Below, in pieces: positions 10,287 to 20,038 of a stretch of 64,000 bases of DNA; position 1 is the first letter of the stretch; the number at the start of each line of letters is the position of its first letter. The translations under genes and the position numbers were made by a program. The notes beneath the pieces are model-generated. The model did no database searches, had not been told where the DNA came from, and saw nothing but the letters and a program-made list of their open reading frames with translations. The DNA is from a phage. The stretch is taken from the sequence record PX393110.1; one strand, given 5' to 3'.

Positions 10287-10912
10287 GTCTGAGCTATGAT
10301 GAACTCGTTGAATCGTTCCTGTTAGAATCAGGGCAATTTATTCTGGATAGTCTGGATGATACTGCTCTTACGCAGGACCGAGTGGAGCTTATCATAGCTA
10401 AAGAGCTGGCCACCTACTCCAGATATAAACCTAATCTGGTTACTGGAGCTTTGAATCTCTGGAATAACCGAAGATTTACTGGTAAGGATGAGCACGGTAA
10501 TCCTGAGCCCATCCCTATCGTAATTCACCGACTATTCGTTAATGGTGGTTTTACTCGCTTGATCACCAACAATAGATTCGGTACCATCTCCCAGAACTAC
10601 TGGCGCTTCGATAACGGGGTGTTCAATATGTATATGGAAGATGGGCAGTACTTGTGTGAGTATGCAGTAGCGCACGCCTATAATAAAGAAACTAAGTTAA
10701 TCGACTCCTTAGACTTAACAGCAACTACGTTCATGAGCATGGTTCATGGTAAGATGATGCAAGTCTTAGGCAGGTCCCGACGAGCCTTCCAGATTAGTGA
10801 TAGTCCTATACTGATGGATGGTGATGCACTAATAGCGGACGGCCAACAGATGTATGATCAGGCTATGGAAGATCTTAAAACCCAGAGCGATTACATGTTG
10901 GCTTCTATGTAA
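10283..10912 (+). CDS. putative head-tail connector/neck protein
   Basis: 209 aa ORF in head-to-tail transition region; position only. Confidence 0.45.
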   Translation: MSLSYDELVESFLLESGQFILDSLDDTALTQDRVELIIAKELATYSRYKPNLVTGALNLWNNRRFTGKDEHGNPEPIPIVIHRLFVNGGFTRLITNNRFGTISQNYWRFDNGVFNMYMEDGQYLCEYAVAHAYNKETKLIDSLDLTATTFMSMVHGKMMQVLGRSRRAFQISDSPILMDGDALIADGQQMYDQAMEDLKTQSDYMLASM

Positions 10913-10921
10913 GAGGCTTTT

Positions 10922-11485
10922 ATGGAGAAGAGAACTCACCAGGATAGACTGGAGGAGGCTTCCCGCAAGTTCGCATTAGTTCAAATACCGTTAGCAGTGA
11001 AAACTGCTGGTATATATTGTCGGTTGTACCGTAAAGTCAACGACCTACGTGATGAGGTCTACGGCAATTACGGCGGAGTCGACGAACTAATCCCCATTAC
11101 AGCGAACTCGGTGTATTCTGGCATGGATAATGCCGTTGCATCGGCATCAGGTTCGTCGCTGGACTTATCCAGCTTGGGTACTTTAGAGGACGGTGCGCTA
11201 GCTCAGAACGAAATAGACGTCTCTTCTGGCTACGAAGTAGAAGACGAGTTCCGAGTACTGCTTACCGCATCTCAATGGCGAATAGTAGCGGGCTATGAGG
11301 GAGGCTTCCTCGAGGATAGCGGATATGCTTTTGCTCTTACCTCAAAGGACTTAAAGACAGGTGATGTCGTAGAGTTCGATAGGAAAGACGGAGCTCTCGC
11401 GAGATTCCGAGTAATTAAGCCGGTATCTCTTGGTCGTAAGGTGGATATCGTAACCAGATTTCAATTATCGAACATAGGGGATTGA
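10922..11485 (+). CDS. putative neck/head completion protein
   Basis: 187 aa ORF; position only. Confidence 0.45.
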   Translation: MEKRTHQDRLEEASRKFALVQIPLAVKTAGIYCRLYRKVNDLRDEVYGNYGGVDELIPITANSVYSGMDNAVASASGSSLDLSSLGTLEDGALAQNEIDVSSGYEVEDEFRVLLTASQWRIVAGYEGGFLEDSGYAFALTSKDLKTGDVVEFDRKDGALARFRVIKPVSLGRKVDIVTRFQLSNIGD

Positions 11486-11486
11486 T

Positions 11487-12152
11487 ATGTCTAGCTTGTC
11501 AATTACCCCAGCTGATGTAGTGGCTGCTCTTAATAAGTGGATAGCTTTAAACTATAAAACTGTTAGGAGTATTGTGTTCGATCCTATGGCTGGTTACGAG
11601 ACTTCCATAGAGAATGTAAGGTCCACGAGTGTCCAGCTGAATAAATATCGTGAACCTAAATCCACGATGCCTATTCTGTCGTGGAACCGGACGCCCTTCC
11701 GCAGAGGAGATATGGGTAAGACCATAACTCAGAAGATGAAAGGTGCCGATGGCAAATGGTACAACGTAACTGTAGCCATGATGAAGATGGACTACAGATT
11801 CGTATTCTTCGCCACGAATATGAAAGATGTTGAGCAGTTTGAGGTTGACTGGTTAACGCAGCGTGGGTTAAACGGGATTACGAATGCTACAGTGAACATG
11901 GGGCAGTCGCTAGGTGAATTTACCTTCGCCTTAAACTGGGGCATGTCTCTGGAAGATATAACCTTTAATCTGGAGACTAATTACTACAAAGCCTTAACTG
12001 GCTCTGCGGAGATTAGTGGACCGGTTATATCAGCCACGGAACTGGGTGAGGATGACCTCAATAACCTTATCGAGGTGGTTGAGTTCCAACTCCAGTCCTG
12101 TAATGGCGGAGTACTTCCGGATAAGTTTACAATTACAGATCTCGGAGATTAA
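11487..12152 (+). CDS. putative neck/tail completion protein
   Basis: 221 aa ORF; position only. Confidence 0.45.
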   Translation: MSSLSITPADVVAALNKWIALNYKTVRSIVFDPMAGYETSIENVRSTSVQLNKYREPKSTMPILSWNRTPFRRGDMGKTITQKMKGADGKWYNVTVAMMKMDYRFVFFATNMKDVEQFEVDWLTQRGLNGITNATVNMGQSLGEFTFALNWGMSLEDITFNLETNYYKALTGSAEISGPVISATELGEDDLNNLIEVVEFQLQSCNGGVLPDKFTITDLGD

Positions 12153-12153
12153 G

Positions 12154-12345
12154 ATGTCTGAACAAAATAAAACCGACGCCCCAGTTAGCGAAAAGGTTCG
12201 CCTGTTCTCTATTGTGGATCATGACGTCGAGATCACCATTAAAGGTGGTCAAACTATCCTCGTTCCTCCGAAGGGCATCCTGAAAGATGTTCCTAAAGAG
12301 TGGCTGGAAGATGTCAAACTTCCCGCTGGCGTTAAGATGAAATAA
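12154..12345 (+). CDS. small hypothetical protein (63 aa)
   Basis: ATG at 12154 just after previous stop; the longer track ORF 12016..12345 overlaps the upstream gene. Confidence 0.4.
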   Translation: MSEQNKTDAPVSEKVRLFSIVDHDVEITIKGGQTILVPPKGILKDVPKEWLEDVKLPAGVKMK

Positions 12346-12355
12346 GGAGATTTAA

Positions 12356-14155
12356 ATGTCTGCACCACGCGTAAGCTATGCGGAGCGCGATCTGAGTGCG
12401 TACGTTCCTGCTACTGAGACTATTTATGCGGCTATCGTAGTTGATGCTGTTAAAGGTCCGGTAGAGAAACCGATCGTGCCTGGCAATGCTCCCAACTTCC
12501 TGAAAATCTTTACGCCAAATGAGCAAATCGACATCGGTATGTCTACTGCGCACTTCTCTGCGCTGACCGTGTTGGAGAAATACTCCAGCGTGGTAGTAGT
12601 CCGTGCTGCCTCTGCTGATGCTCGCTATTCCGGCGCTCTGGTAAATAACGACGGTACCGTCGTTACCGCCAGTGATATTAAAGATCCGTCTGCAGTGGAT
12701 ATGGACGATGAGTCCTTCCTGATTGCCGCAGCTAACCAGGGTCTTTGGGGTGATGAACTCCGCTTCCAGGTACTCGGCTATAAAGCTACTGAGACTGTCT
12801 CTGTAACTGGCGGTATTCTTAAGTCTACCCAGAAATGGGGTGCTGGTTATCCGGTTAAGTTGGCTGGGTCTAACCTGCCTGCTGAAGTAAATGATTATAC
12901 CACTTACTTCGCAGTTCCGGCTACCGGTGGTATTAAACTGGCTACCAGCCGAGCTAATGCTACTGCATCTACTCCGGTCACACTGACCGTGTCCGATGCC
13001 ACTGGCGTTATCGTATCTCCGGCTGTGGAGTACACCAAGACTCCTAATACCTTCAATCTGCGGGTATTTAAAGCAGACGATCTGGTTAATCCGGTGCTGG
13101 ATGTAATCGGTTCTAAGATCAATGGTCTTAAGGATCCGGACAATAAGTCTCTGTACATCGAAGATGTTACTGCCGACAATATCTATGCTCAGGTGTTTAA
13201 CAACCCTCTGAATACTGATCCGGTAGCCGACATCGTTATCCCAGCAGCATTGGGTGGTGGTTCTAACGGATCTCCGGTTACCGATGGCGACTGTATTCGT
13301 GCTCTGAACAAGCTCAACAACCCTCGTGAATTCGCCATTAAAGTGATCATGAACGGTGGCCGTACTTCTCAGGCTTACGGTTCGGCAATCATCGCTCTGG
13401 CAGAGTCCCGTGCTGACTGCGTCGGTATTACCTCGGTTCCTCTGACTGCACAGGGTGGCGTATCTCCTGCTCAGTCTATGGTTAACTATCGTAAGCACGA
13501 CACTAACTGGGATACCAGTTATGCTGCCATGTATGCGCCTCACGTTAAGATCTACGATCGTTACAACGACCGTAATCTGTGGGTATCTCCGGACGGTGTT
13601 GCGACGAAGGCTATCTTCGATACTGCGTCTAACTTCGAGATCTGGTACCCAGTTGGTGGTAACAAGCGCGGTGTGGTTAACGTGCTGGATACGTACGTAC
13701 ACCTGCTCGATTCTGACCAGGATCTTCTGTATGATGCGGGTATTAACCCTATCGTATTCGAAGAAGGCGAAGGTATCAAGATCTGGGGTCAGAAGACTCT
13801 TCAGTATGCCAGCTCCATGCTGGATCGTCTGAACGTCCGACTCCTGCTGGTTACCATCGGTCCGGCTATCCGTAAACTGTTGGCGAACTTCCTGTTCGAA
13901 TTCAACGATGCGGATACTCGTGCACTGGCTAAAGGTATGGTCGATACCTATATGGATTCGATCATGGCTCGTCGTGGTGTTACTAAGTACGTCACTATCT
14001 GTGATGATACCAACAACACTGCAAGCGATGTGGATAACCATATCCTGAGAGTAAGCCTGCTGGTTTGCCCGAATAATTCGACCGAATACATCCCTCTGAC
14101 TATTGGTATTACCAATAACAGTGTGGACTTCGATCTGGCCGCGGAAGCACTGTAA
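12356..14155 (+). CDS. tail sheath protein
   Basis: 599 aa; RBS AAGGAG; biased codon usage; directly followed by tube-sized gene. Confidence 0.7.
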   Translation: MSAPRVSYAERDLSAYVPATETIYAAIVVDAVKGPVEKPIVPGNAPNFLKIFTPNEQIDIGMSTAHFSALTVLEKYSSVVVVRAASADARYSGALVNNDGTVVTASDIKDPSAVDMDDESFLIAAANQGLWGDELRFQVLGYKATETVSVTGGILKSTQKWGAGYPVKLAGSNLPAEVNDYTTYFAVPATGGIKLATSRANATASTPVTLTVSDATGVIVSPAVEYTKTPNTFNLRVFKADDLVNPVLDVIGSKINGLKDPDNKSLYIEDVTADNIYAQVFNNPLNTDPVADIVIPAALGGGSNGSPVTDGDCIRALNKLNNPREFAIKVIMNGGRTSQAYGSAIIALAESRADCVGITSVPLTAQGGVSPAQSMVNYRKHDTNWDTSYAAMYAPHVKIYDRYNDRNLWVSPDGVATKAIFDTASNFEIWYPVGGNKRGVVNVLDTYVHLLDSDQDLLYDAGINPIVFEEGEGIKIWGQKTLQYASSMLDRLNVRLLLVTIGPAIRKLLANFLFEFNDADTRALAKGMVDTYMDSIMARRGVTKYVTICDDTNNTASDVDNHILRVSLLVCPNNSTEYIPLTIGITNNSVDFDLAAEAL

Positions 14156-14165
14156 GGAGATCAGG

Positions 14166-14690
14166 ATGCCGCCTATTACTTTGGATCAAGTCCGCAATCT
14201 GGGAGACTTCGCCACGATCGTCGACTGGGAATTACAGTTCATCACTGTACCTTCCGGCCTGAATAATCTGTCGGATGCAGTCTTCCTGCGTTGCGAATCT
14301 TCGGATATTCCGAAAAAGACTGGTACTTCCACATCTATCCAGATTCGTGGTCTGGTACCGGTTAAACAGCCTGGGATTTACGCTCCTCCGCAGACTCTTA
14401 CACTCACCTGTAACGAAACTGTGGATAACGCAATCGCTCAGCAGATTGCTAACTGGCGTGAAATGTGCTATCAGACTGGTACTGGCGTTGCTGGTCGTAC
14501 TCAGGATGTTAAGGCGAAACTGCGTCTTAAACGTCTGAATCGTCAGAAAGTCGGTATCTGGTATTATGATCTCGAAGGTGTATTCCTGGAAGATTATGAT
14601 GCTGGTGGCCAGCTGGGCTCTACTTCGGCTGACGTACTGAAACCAGTCCTGACGTTGTCCTACGACGACTTCAAGGAAGGAGCTCTTTAA
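14166..14690 (+). CDS. tail tube protein
   Basis: ATG at 14166 with AAGGAGA RBS; 174 aa; follows sheath. Confidence 0.6.
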   Translation: MPPITLDQVRNLGDFATIVDWELQFITVPSGLNNLSDAVFLRCESSDIPKKTGTSTSIQIRGLVPVKQPGIYAPPQTLTLTCNETVDNAIAQQIANWREMCYQTGTGVAGRTQDVKAKLRLKRLNRQKVGIWYYDLEGVFLEDYDAGGQLGSTSADVLKPVLTLSYDDFKEGAL

Positions 14691-14704
14691 TAGAGAGGTA
14701 GACC

Positions 14705-15181
14705 GTGTTTTTGAATAATGTTCAACAAGTACGGTCTATCGAATGGGGACAAATGCACTTATGGGATGTAAGATTCCCTGATGCTCCGTCCCCATTCTCC
14801 GACTGGTTTCCTGCTACGGATTATCAGTTGAACTCAGTAACTGGGCTAGCTATGTCTCAGCAGTTTTACATGCGAGATTTTAAGTTCCCCCAGAGTAAAG
14901 GATCTCCGGATTTAACTTTCCAGGTATTGGACGATGAGAAGATGACACTCCACGAGTGGTATCATCATTGGTTCGACGAAATATACCAGGAGTCTTCCGG
15001 AGTACTTACTTTAGCTGAGTGCGTTAGACCAGTTATAGTAGCTACCCTAAATCGTCAGAGACAGAGAGTGTTGTTAGAGACATTCTATGTATTCCCAGAC
15101 GGTGCGGTAAATAGAAGTGGCTCGTCCAATTCGGACCAAGTCAACTTCACAATGAACTTCATCATAGCAGGTAAGAACTAA
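14705..15181 (+). CDS. putative tail assembly chaperone
   Basis: 158 aa ORF between tube and tape measure; GTG or internal ATG start. Confidence 0.4.
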   Translation: MFLNNVQQVRSIEWGQMHLWDVRFPDAPSPFSDWFPATDYQLNSVTGLAMSQQFYMRDFKFPQSKGSPDLTFQVLDDEKMTLHEWYHHWFDEIYQESSGVLTLAECVRPVIVATLNRQRQRVLLETFYVFPDGAVNRSGSSNSDQVNFTMNFIIAGKN

Positions 15182-15187
15182 GGATCA

Positions 15188-16018
15188 ATGATGGAAACTG
15201 TATCTCGTGAAGAATTAGCGTCCCAGAAGGCTTCCGAGGAAGTCGTTGCTGCGACTCCTGTAGTCGATCCGGCTACGTCAGACTCTACTGGTATTCTGAT
15301 TACCGCGGAACAGCTTCCGTCTAGGTTCTTAGCTTACCCTGCTGGTACCACTATTTCGTATAAGCCCTACAGCTTCGGCGAAGTAGAAAGATGGTCCCAC
15401 GGTAAGATGACTCTTGAGCAGAAGATTGAACTAACCTTCGCCAACATCGAAACTCGCGGTATCACTAAGGGACAGATCGTATTCGAAGATCTCCTCCTTA
15501 TTATGGTACTCCGTAAGTTAACCACGTTTTCTAAGAACGAGTGGCGTCTTTCCTACACATGCCCAGGTTGCCAGGAATATATCTCCTCTAGCCGTAGCTT
15601 AAGCGAGATTATCTTCCAGGACTTAACCGAAATAGAAGAATTGCCTATTATCCTCGATCTTCCTAATGGGGATACTCTGGAATTCACTCCGTTTACTGTT
15701 GATGATATGATGGTGTGCCGTCGTATCTCTCCAGAGCGCTCTGCGGAAGTAGAGTTGCCTAAGATGGTCCGTAATAAGACCTACGAAGAAGCCAAGAAGA
15801 TTATCCTCGAGAATAAAGACTCTGATGTAATTCAGGCTCTCCAGATGATCGACGAAATTCTTGACTTTGGTCGCCAGTATATCGAATGTGCTTGCCCTAA
15901 GTGTGGACATAAGGCCGAAGTAACGGTCAAGGGGGTAAGCCAGCTGGCGGAACCGTTTCGTAGAGATGAAGTCTCTATTAAACATCTCATCTCTTTTGGC
16001 AAGAAGAAACATGGTTGA
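15188..16018 (+). CDS. tail assembly protein with zinc-ribbon motif
   Basis: 276 aa; two CxxC pairs (CPGCQEY, CPKCGHK); position upstream of tape measure. Confidence 0.45.
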   Translation: MMETVSREELASQKASEEVVAATPVVDPATSDSTGILITAEQLPSRFLAYPAGTTISYKPYSFGEVERWSHGKMTLEQKIELTFANIETRGITKGQIVFEDLLLIMVLRKLTTFSKNEWRLSYTCPGCQEYISSSRSLSEIIFQDLTEIEELPIILDLPNGDTLEFTPFTVDDMMVCRRISPERSAEVELPKMVRNKTYEEAKKIILENKDSDVIQALQMIDEILDFGRQYIECACPKCGHKAEVTVKGVSQLAEPFRRDEVSIKHLISFGKKKHG

Positions 16019-16096
16019 TCTTTACCACGTGAAAAGGATGGACTTTTCCGAGGCATTCCACCATTATCAAGAAATAGTTGCTGCGGAGAGTAAATA

Positions 16097-19018
16097 ATGG
16101 TTAGCATAGTTAGAGGCATATCTGGGATTGCTCGTACAGAAGCTACCGATCCGGTTAAGGATGCCTCTGATTACGAGCATGCCAGGTCTAAATTGGAAGA
16201 AGATCTTATCGGGATTCGTTCTACTGTTAAGATACTCTCCAGCAACGATGTAGATGTAGGTCTTAGCTCTGATGAAGTTAAGACCCTGAATACACTGATG
16301 GGTAAGTTTTATGGTAGGGCTAAGTTCTCTACCCAGGAAGCTGAGCAGCTGATCTCCTTAAGAGATAAAGTCGGCCAGGTTGCGGATATGTACGCTACTG
16401 CCGAGGATCAAAAGGCCATCGCTGCAGAATCTTTACTCGACACCTATCAGTCAATACTGAATGACTCTAGACTTACTCGTGGCGTCCGTATGACTGCTAT
16501 GAGAGAACTGAGTGGGTTACTTCGGGTACTTAACGTATCCAATTCCTCACTCAGTACTATCAATATGCGGAAGAATAACCGCATTATTGAGCAAGCTAGA
16601 GCCGAGTTAGCCAACCAGAACGTAAAGATTAAGTATTCTGATACGGTAAAAGTTGCTAACTTAACGAACAGGAGTAAGGATGAGAGGGATACTCTTGACA
16701 GATTTAACATACGTCAAACTGGCCGTAATTTAAGGGACTCGTTCCTTAATACCCCATCGCAGTTTTCCGTAGGTTCTGTCCGCAAGGAAGCACTCTCATC
16801 TGGTCTAGGTGCCCTAGGTTTAGGAGACCTGGATAGTGTATTCGGTATATCTGATAAATTGGATGGTGCTATATCATCCATGTTCCGTAAAAGGAAAGAT
16901 GAACCGGATACTACTGACGAAGAATTAAAGGCCATATCTCGAGAGATTCTTAAATCGGAAAATAAGCCCGATGGAGAATCTTCCACTGAGGCCTCTGCTA
17001 AAGTTGACGGTAAAGAGACTAAGGTCGAGATTACCACTCCAGATGCTACTGTAAATCCAAAACCCAGTTTCGGCCCTACTCCAGAAGAGGAGCAGAATCA
17101 GAAGCTGGATGAGATTAACAATAGCATTCGAGAGTTAATTAATGAGACTAGGTCTGGTCAGGACGAAATGTCCCGTAAGCAGACTCAGCTAATTAATGGT
17201 CAGTCTACTTTGGTGGATATCGACGAGCAATTGGTGTCGGTAACCAGAGCTAATGGAAGAGCTAACCATGAAGAAATTGATCCTTTCGCTAACGAACAGA
17301 AGCAGGGTGCTGCTGATTCTATCTTTGATGATCTTCTCGGTGGTGATGAGCGTGGCCGTAGAGGTAGAAGAGGTCGTGGAAGAAGAGGCAGGACTCGTCT
17401 CGGTCGTGGACTCAGTAAGTTCGGTAGACTCGGTAGGATGGCAGGCGGAGCAGTCGACGCAGCTGCCACCGGAGGACTTGCGAGAGGTGCTGCTCGTGGA
17501 GGCGGCGCGCTTCTGAGAGCTGGTCTTAAGGGAGCTAAGTTCATCCCAGGAATAGGGTTAGCCGTAACTGCTGGTATGGGAGTTTACGATGCTGTCTCTG
17601 GATGGGATGGAGATAAGGCTAAAGAGCTATTCGGTAGGGACGATAACTGGGCTAAGGCTGGCTCGTCGGCAGCTTCATTAGCGTCTGGGTTAACTTTCGG
17701 GTTAGCATCTCCAGAGGATGTGGTGAATGTCGCTAAGTCTGCTGTAGATACTGTACAGAAGACATACGAAGGTGCGGTTAATATTGCAAATAACCTGACG
17801 GCATCATTCTCGGGGATGTATAAGAATGCATCTGACTGGCTTTCCCAGACCGCCTCCGATACATCTAAGTGGTTCTCCGATAAGTATAATGATTCAGCTA
17901 ACTGGTTATCCAGTAAGATGGATGATACGACTAAATGGTTTTCCGATAGTTACGATTCGGTAACCAAGTCCATAACAGGAGAAATCAGTGAATTATCTAA
18001 CTTGGTTACAGAATTTATCAATGACCCTATGAAGTCTATAGGCGAGGGTATTGGTGGATTGTTCGACTGGCTATCAGACTTACCAGTAGTCGGTGACTTC
18101 TTTAAAGGACTTAAGAAAGGAGCTGCTGCGGTATCCAATGGGATTATCGGAGCAGGTGCCTCCATAGTTAATGGCGCAAGAACTGTTGGTGGTATAATCT
18201 CCAATGGTTATGATAGTGCTGTTGATGCTGGTGGCGGTATCCTACAGTCCGCTATGCAGAATGCCTCTCGATACCTCCCCAGCTCTAAAGAGCAGACGGA
18301 GCGTAAGAATAATCTGGCAGAGTATGCTAAGCAGCAAGGAATCGACGATAAAGAACTGGCTCTATTCATGGGTCAGGTTCAGCACGAATCTGGTAACTTC
18401 CGTTATAATAAAGAGCTAGCCTCTGGTAGAGCGTACGAAGGTCGTAAAGATCTGGGTAATGTAAATGCTGGTGACGGGGTTCGTTATAAGGGTCGTGGAT
18501 GGATACAGCTGACTGGTAGAGCTAATTACCAGAAATATGGTAAGATGCTGGGTATAGATCTCGAGAATAATCCTGAGATGGCCGAAGATCCCGAAATCGC
18601 CAATAAACTGGCGGTCGCATACTGGAAAGACCGTGTGCAACCTCAGCTGGAGAAGAAAGGAGCTACTGTTGAAGTGGCAACTAAGGCAGTCAATGGTGGG
18701 TATAATGGGTTAGCAGACCGTGCTGCATACACTGCAGAATGGATGAAGAATGGCTCTGATGCTGAGGCATCTAAGTCAGGAGCTACCCAGGTTGCTCAGA
18801 ACGTACCTCTCGAGGTTCCTAAAGCTCCTACCCCTACAGACGATGTTAATAAACAACGTCAAGATCAGAATAATCAATTGGCTGCTATGGCTGCTGGTTC
18901 CACCAGGAACCAGGATCCTGCTGCTACAACTCCTAACGTACCATCAGTGGTTACGGATAAGAGTGACACTATTGATGACTATGGTCTGGCGTTCTTCAAC
19001 AAGATGGTGTTCTCATAA
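16097..19018 (+). CDS. tape measure protein with C-terminal GH19 lysozyme-like domain
   Basis: 973 aa; Arg/Gly-rich tract; C-terminal QHESGNF...GRGWIQLTGRANY motif of GH19 chitinase-like lysozymes. Confidence 0.7.
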   Translation: MVSIVRGISGIARTEATDPVKDASDYEHARSKLEEDLIGIRSTVKILSSNDVDVGLSSDEVKTLNTLMGKFYGRAKFSTQEAEQLISLRDKVGQVADMYATAEDQKAIAAESLLDTYQSILNDSRLTRGVRMTAMRELSGLLRVLNVSNSSLSTINMRKNNRIIEQARAELANQNVKIKYSDTVKVANLTNRSKDERDTLDRFNIRQTGRNLRDSFLNTPSQFSVGSVRKEALSSGLGALGLGDLDSVFGISDKLDGAISSMFRKRKDEPDTTDEELKAISREILKSENKPDGESSTEASAKVDGKETKVEITTPDATVNPKPSFGPTPEEEQNQKLDEINNSIRELINETRSGQDEMSRKQTQLINGQSTLVDIDEQLVSVTRANGRANHEEIDPFANEQKQGAADSIFDDLLGGDERGRRGRRGRGRRGRTRLGRGLSKFGRLGRMAGGAVDAAATGGLARGAARGGGALLRAGLKGAKFIPGIGLAVTAGMGVYDAVSGWDGDKAKELFGRDDNWAKAGSSAASLASGLTFGLASPEDVVNVAKSAVDTVQKTYEGAVNIANNLTASFSGMYKNASDWLSQTASDTSKWFSDKYNDSANWLSSKMDDTTKWFSDSYDSVTKSITGEISELSNLVTEFINDPMKSIGEGIGGLFDWLSDLPVVGDFFKGLKKGAAAVSNGIIGAGASIVNGARTVGGIISNGYDSAVDAGGGILQSAMQNASRYLPSSKEQTERKNNLAEYAKQQGIDDKELALFMGQVQHESGNFRYNKELASGRAYEGRKDLGNVNAGDGVRYKGRGWIQLTGRANYQKYGKMLGIDLENNPEMAEDPEIANKLAVAYWKDRVQPQLEKKGATVEVATKAVNGGYNGLADRAAYTAEWMKNGSDAEASKSGATQVAQNVPLEVPKAPTPTDDVNKQRQDQNNQLAAMAAGSTRNQDPAATTPNVPSVVTDKSDTIDDYGLAFFNKMVFS

Positions 19019-19653
19019 TGGCAGTATTAGACATCGAGAAGCTATACGCGAATCCAGATGCTAGAATTGTCTTAGTCCATCCTGGTAACAAAGCCCGTAC
19101 TGTAGGTCTGATAGAGACGGATTTCGGATTCGATATTTCGTCTCTGTTTGAATCTGGTGAGAACCTGATGGCTGGCACCTTAACTCGTGGTGCTAATGCG
19201 GTAGCTAATACCGTAGGTATGGATCAGATGGTTATACGAAATATTCGTGAGACCATCGCTCAGTGGCGTGGGAGTACTAAACCGGTATTCCCTATACCTC
19301 TGACAATTATCTCATACAATCCATCCATCAGACCTCTGGACATAGTTAAAGAGTTCCTGGCTGGGGTAACTTACACCACCAGGAACGGACTTATGTTCGG
19401 AGCTCCTAATGGGTACTCTGTAACCAAGGCGACTGGTAATTTCAATCCGGATACCGCTATAACAGGTACATGGACTCTGCAGATCGGCCAGTGGTTCAGG
19501 GCAACTAGCCTTATACTCGTGAACGTGTCGACTCAGTACAGCAAGGAAATAGCTCGCTCTACTGGTCAGCCGTTATGGGCTAAGGTTCAACTGTCCTTTA
19601 CCCCAGCATATCTGCCGGATGAGGATCATGTAAGATCCTGGTTTATTAAATAG
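19018..19653 (+). CDS. putative baseplate/distal tail protein
   Basis: 211 aa ORF; start overlaps tape-measure stop. Confidence 0.45.
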   Translation: MAVLDIEKLYANPDARIVLVHPGNKARTVGLIETDFGFDISSLFESGENLMAGTLTRGANAVANTVGMDQMVIRNIRETIAQWRGSTKPVFPIPLTIISYNPSIRPLDIVKEFLAGVTYTTRNGLMFGAPNGYSVTKATGNFNPDTAITGTWTLQIGQWFRATSLILVNVSTQYSKEIARSTGQPLWAKVQLSFTPAYLPDEDHVRSWFIK

Positions 19654-19660
19654 GTGACTT

Positions 19661-20038
19661 ATGTTCAAGATAGACTCAGACAAATTGGCTCAGAGATATG
19701 ATATCTCTAAATTCATGTCTAATGAGAATGGGTCTATCTTGGACTCTGTCGATTCTGAATTTATGTACAAACTGAAGAATCTTTCTCGGTATGGTACATA
19801 TACAGTGATCTCAGAAGTGGGTAGACCCGACCTCCTCTCAGAACGAATCTATGGTGCTGGATTGACTCAGTACTGGTGGATTCTTATGATGGTGAATGAG
19901 TTGCGGTTCCCATGGGACTTAACCATGAACTTAGTTCTGAGATATCCACTGATTGACGATCTGGAAGATATTTACTTCTCGCTAACTCCAGATGTGTCAT
20001 CTGTCTCCGCTACTGCTAAAGTGGAGAGCTTATCATGA
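19661..20038 (+). CDS. LysM-like tail protein (P2 gpX-like)
   Basis: 125 aa; size and position typical of tail protein X; family call is inference. Confidence 0.45.
   Translation: MFKIDSDKLAQRYDISKFMSNENGSILDSVDSEFMYKLKNLSRYGTYTVISEVGRPDLLSERIYGAGLTQYWWILMMVNELRFPWDLTMNLVLRYPLIDDLEDIYFSLTPDVSSVSATAKVESLS

Noticed and set aside
12332-14041. 569-aa minus-strand ORF antisense to the tail sheath gene
   Set aside because: Fully overlaps the sheath gene on the opposite strand; Arg/Ser/Thr-rich low-complexity translation typical of antisense of a biased gene
17200-17544. 114-aa minus-strand Pro/Arg-rich ORF inside the tape measure gene
   Set aside because: Antisense of the Arg/Gly-rich tract; low complexity; no independent start signals
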